64,000 nucleotides of DNA, taken from NCBI GenBank assembly GCA_051294905.1, contig CM119372.1, forward strand, positions 32,118,001-32,182,000. Direction: 5' to 3'. The notes under the pieces are model-generated. The model searched no databases, was not told the DNA's origin, and saw only the letters and a program-made list of their open reading frames with translations. Position 1 is the first letter of the stretch; each line of letters starts with the position of its first letter. Shown piece after piece: positions 62,008-64,000 of the stretch. The translations under genes were made by a program, and so were the position numbers. Source of the DNA: Botryllus schlosseri (lineage: Eukaryota).

Positions 62008-63523
62008 CAGAGCTCTCAAACACGCGGCCCGCGGGCCGCATGCGGCCCGCCAGAGCATTTCGGGGGCCCGCGACGACATTTTAGTTTTTATTAATTTGAC
62101 AATATCCAAGTGTCACATATATTTTTTCTGGTTATAAAGTGAAAATTCCCTCTTAAATTGCTCCGAAAGCCTGAAACTATTCAATAAACTTCACTATCAA
62201 ATCCATTTCAAACGCTACCATGCAGTGGAAGATTCACGATTACGCGACATTTCCAATTCATGATGACAAAACCTGACCCTTACACGATTCGTGACTGAAA
62301 TTTGTGCGTTGGGCTTGGACGCGACCTTTTTTAGAATTACTCGGACTCGGGCTAACTCGATGGCAAAATTAAAATGACTCGAGTGGACTCGGAGTGACTC
62401 GGAATGCCGTGAATTTGTAGGAACCATGGACGAAACAAACTAATCGCGTATCAAGGGAATAGTAATAGATCAGAAGGTCGCAGCATGGTATTTAACTAAC
62501 TAAGCAAGTGGTTATGGCACCCATTGGCAATCTGTTAGTTAGGCTTACCATATTTTGGAAATGTAAAAAGAAGACACTTTTTCAGAAATTTCAGACATGC
62601 AAAACTGGAGAAGAATTCTCAAAAACCGGTAAATTTTTCCCACTTCGTGATCGGTTGACTAAAAAAAGGTCATCACTTTCGCTCACAGCTAACGTTTTTC
62701 TCTCCACATTGCCAGGTGGATGACTAAAAAAAAAAAAAAGGTCTTCTTTTCGCTCAAAGCTAAAATCACCGCTTTTCCCTCCGAAATACCCGCCGGAGCG
62801 TCACTTCTCGGCTGACTTGCGGCATATCGCTCGCAATTTGATCTAAATCTGACCTAAATTTTCAAAAGAGAGGCCAAATCCTCTTAAAAGAGGACGTATG
62901 GTAAGCCTACTCTTAGTTTCTTCCGTGGTCACTAAACCATGTTATTAAGGCCACTTGGCTGTTCGACGTTCCGACATGTCAATCACTAGGGCACGTTCAT
63001 TAATATATTTATATTATATTTATATTTTTTTCTGCTCCTATATTTGAAGATATTCGGCCATGAGATTTAGCCGACTTATCAGAAGTATACCTAAATCCTG
63101 GATTGGAATTGCAATGCTCAACTTGCAAATGTTTTGATATCAGATCAGTCTCTATTACCAATCTGTTGAATTCAAAATATTCACAATAGCTGCAAAATTA
63201 TAACCCGATAGCTTTTATGATGGCATCATACATTTGTCCGCCCATATGGTGTCTATCAAGTACAACAACAAATCCATTCAAATAGTTACAAATGTGATGA
63301 TTCTTTTCATGCCAGGCCTAAATTGATACAAGAGTAAATCACATTTTGACGACGTGTGTTTACTGTCAGTCTGCCGGATCGGCTCACGTTCAATAAGACA
63401 ATTCATTCCCGCCAAATAAGGCCTACTTGAAAAGACATAGAATACCCCTATAAACGCTGCGGCCCGCGGCGTCGTCAAAACTGAAAAACTGGCCCGCGAG
63501 CACATTTGAGTTTGAGACCTCTG
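62008..63523 (-). mobile_element. MITE family A (inverted), with nested 62540-62909 MITE (TIR TAGGCTTACCATA)
   Basis: TSD ACCTAAGT; nested TSD ctgttagt/ctcttagt; the empty site is visible in the 43634 copy. Confidence 0.9.
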
Positions 63524-64000
63524 ACCTAAGTTAATCCAGCCCGTGATCCGACCCAGCCTAACCCGGATCCAATTTGAAGCGACGACTTACACCTGAGTTT
63601 TGAAGCACCGAAGTTGCTCAGTATTTCTATTTCGTAACTAATTTTACATATCAAGTACTTGTAATTAGGGTTGCATTCAAAACAAACGATGTTAAAAACA
63701 TGTTTAAACAATGTTCTAAAAAAAAGCCTTTAAAAAATGTGTTTTTAAAAGTTGCAAAATTATGCCATAATTGTGTAAATACTTTACAAAAAACATGTTG
63801 TATGATCCTACGGACAATTACCACCCGATATAGCCGACGTATCGATATGGGATGGTTGGAACCAATGTTCCCTCTAATTTTTCACGAGTCTGCGCAAACA
63901 CGCCAACTCACTGCGCAGGCCATTGGACAGCACTGCGCAACCAGGCCCCCACAGGGTGATAAATCAAGCTTCTGGGGGGCTTCGCCCCCCAGACGCCCCT

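Noticed and set aside
1..64000. Most ORFs in the supplied six-frame track as independent genes
   Set aside because: They are short, mostly inside MITEs or micro-repeat arrays, and lack coherent protein features; only those overlapping the exons, the transposase relic or the LINE relic are meaningful.

Overview
This is AT-rich eukaryotic (animal) genomic DNA; the repeat style suggests a marine invertebrate, possibly a tunicate, but that is inference only. The six-frame ORF track is almost all noise. Reading splice sites directly reveals one large + strand gene across about 271-56706. It has about 27 short coding exons separated only by phase-1 GT-AG introns and encodes a ~641-aa cysteine-free, acidic protein. 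The protein has an N-terminal signal peptide, eight diverged ~50-aa two-exon repeat modules and an acidic/aromatic C-terminal region; I do not recognise it. The introns are packed with nested non-autonomous DNA transposons (mostly 8-bp TSD, hAT-like MITEs), a decayed hATm-like transposase element, tRNA-derived SINEs and a LINE remnant. The best structural finding is a MITE that inserted inside a coding repeat exon, whose terminal inverted repeat now supplies the in-frame 5' splice site; the stranded exon end and old donor are still visible in two duplicated modules. A second MITE duplicated a 3' splice site, and one paralogous linker exon has decayed.
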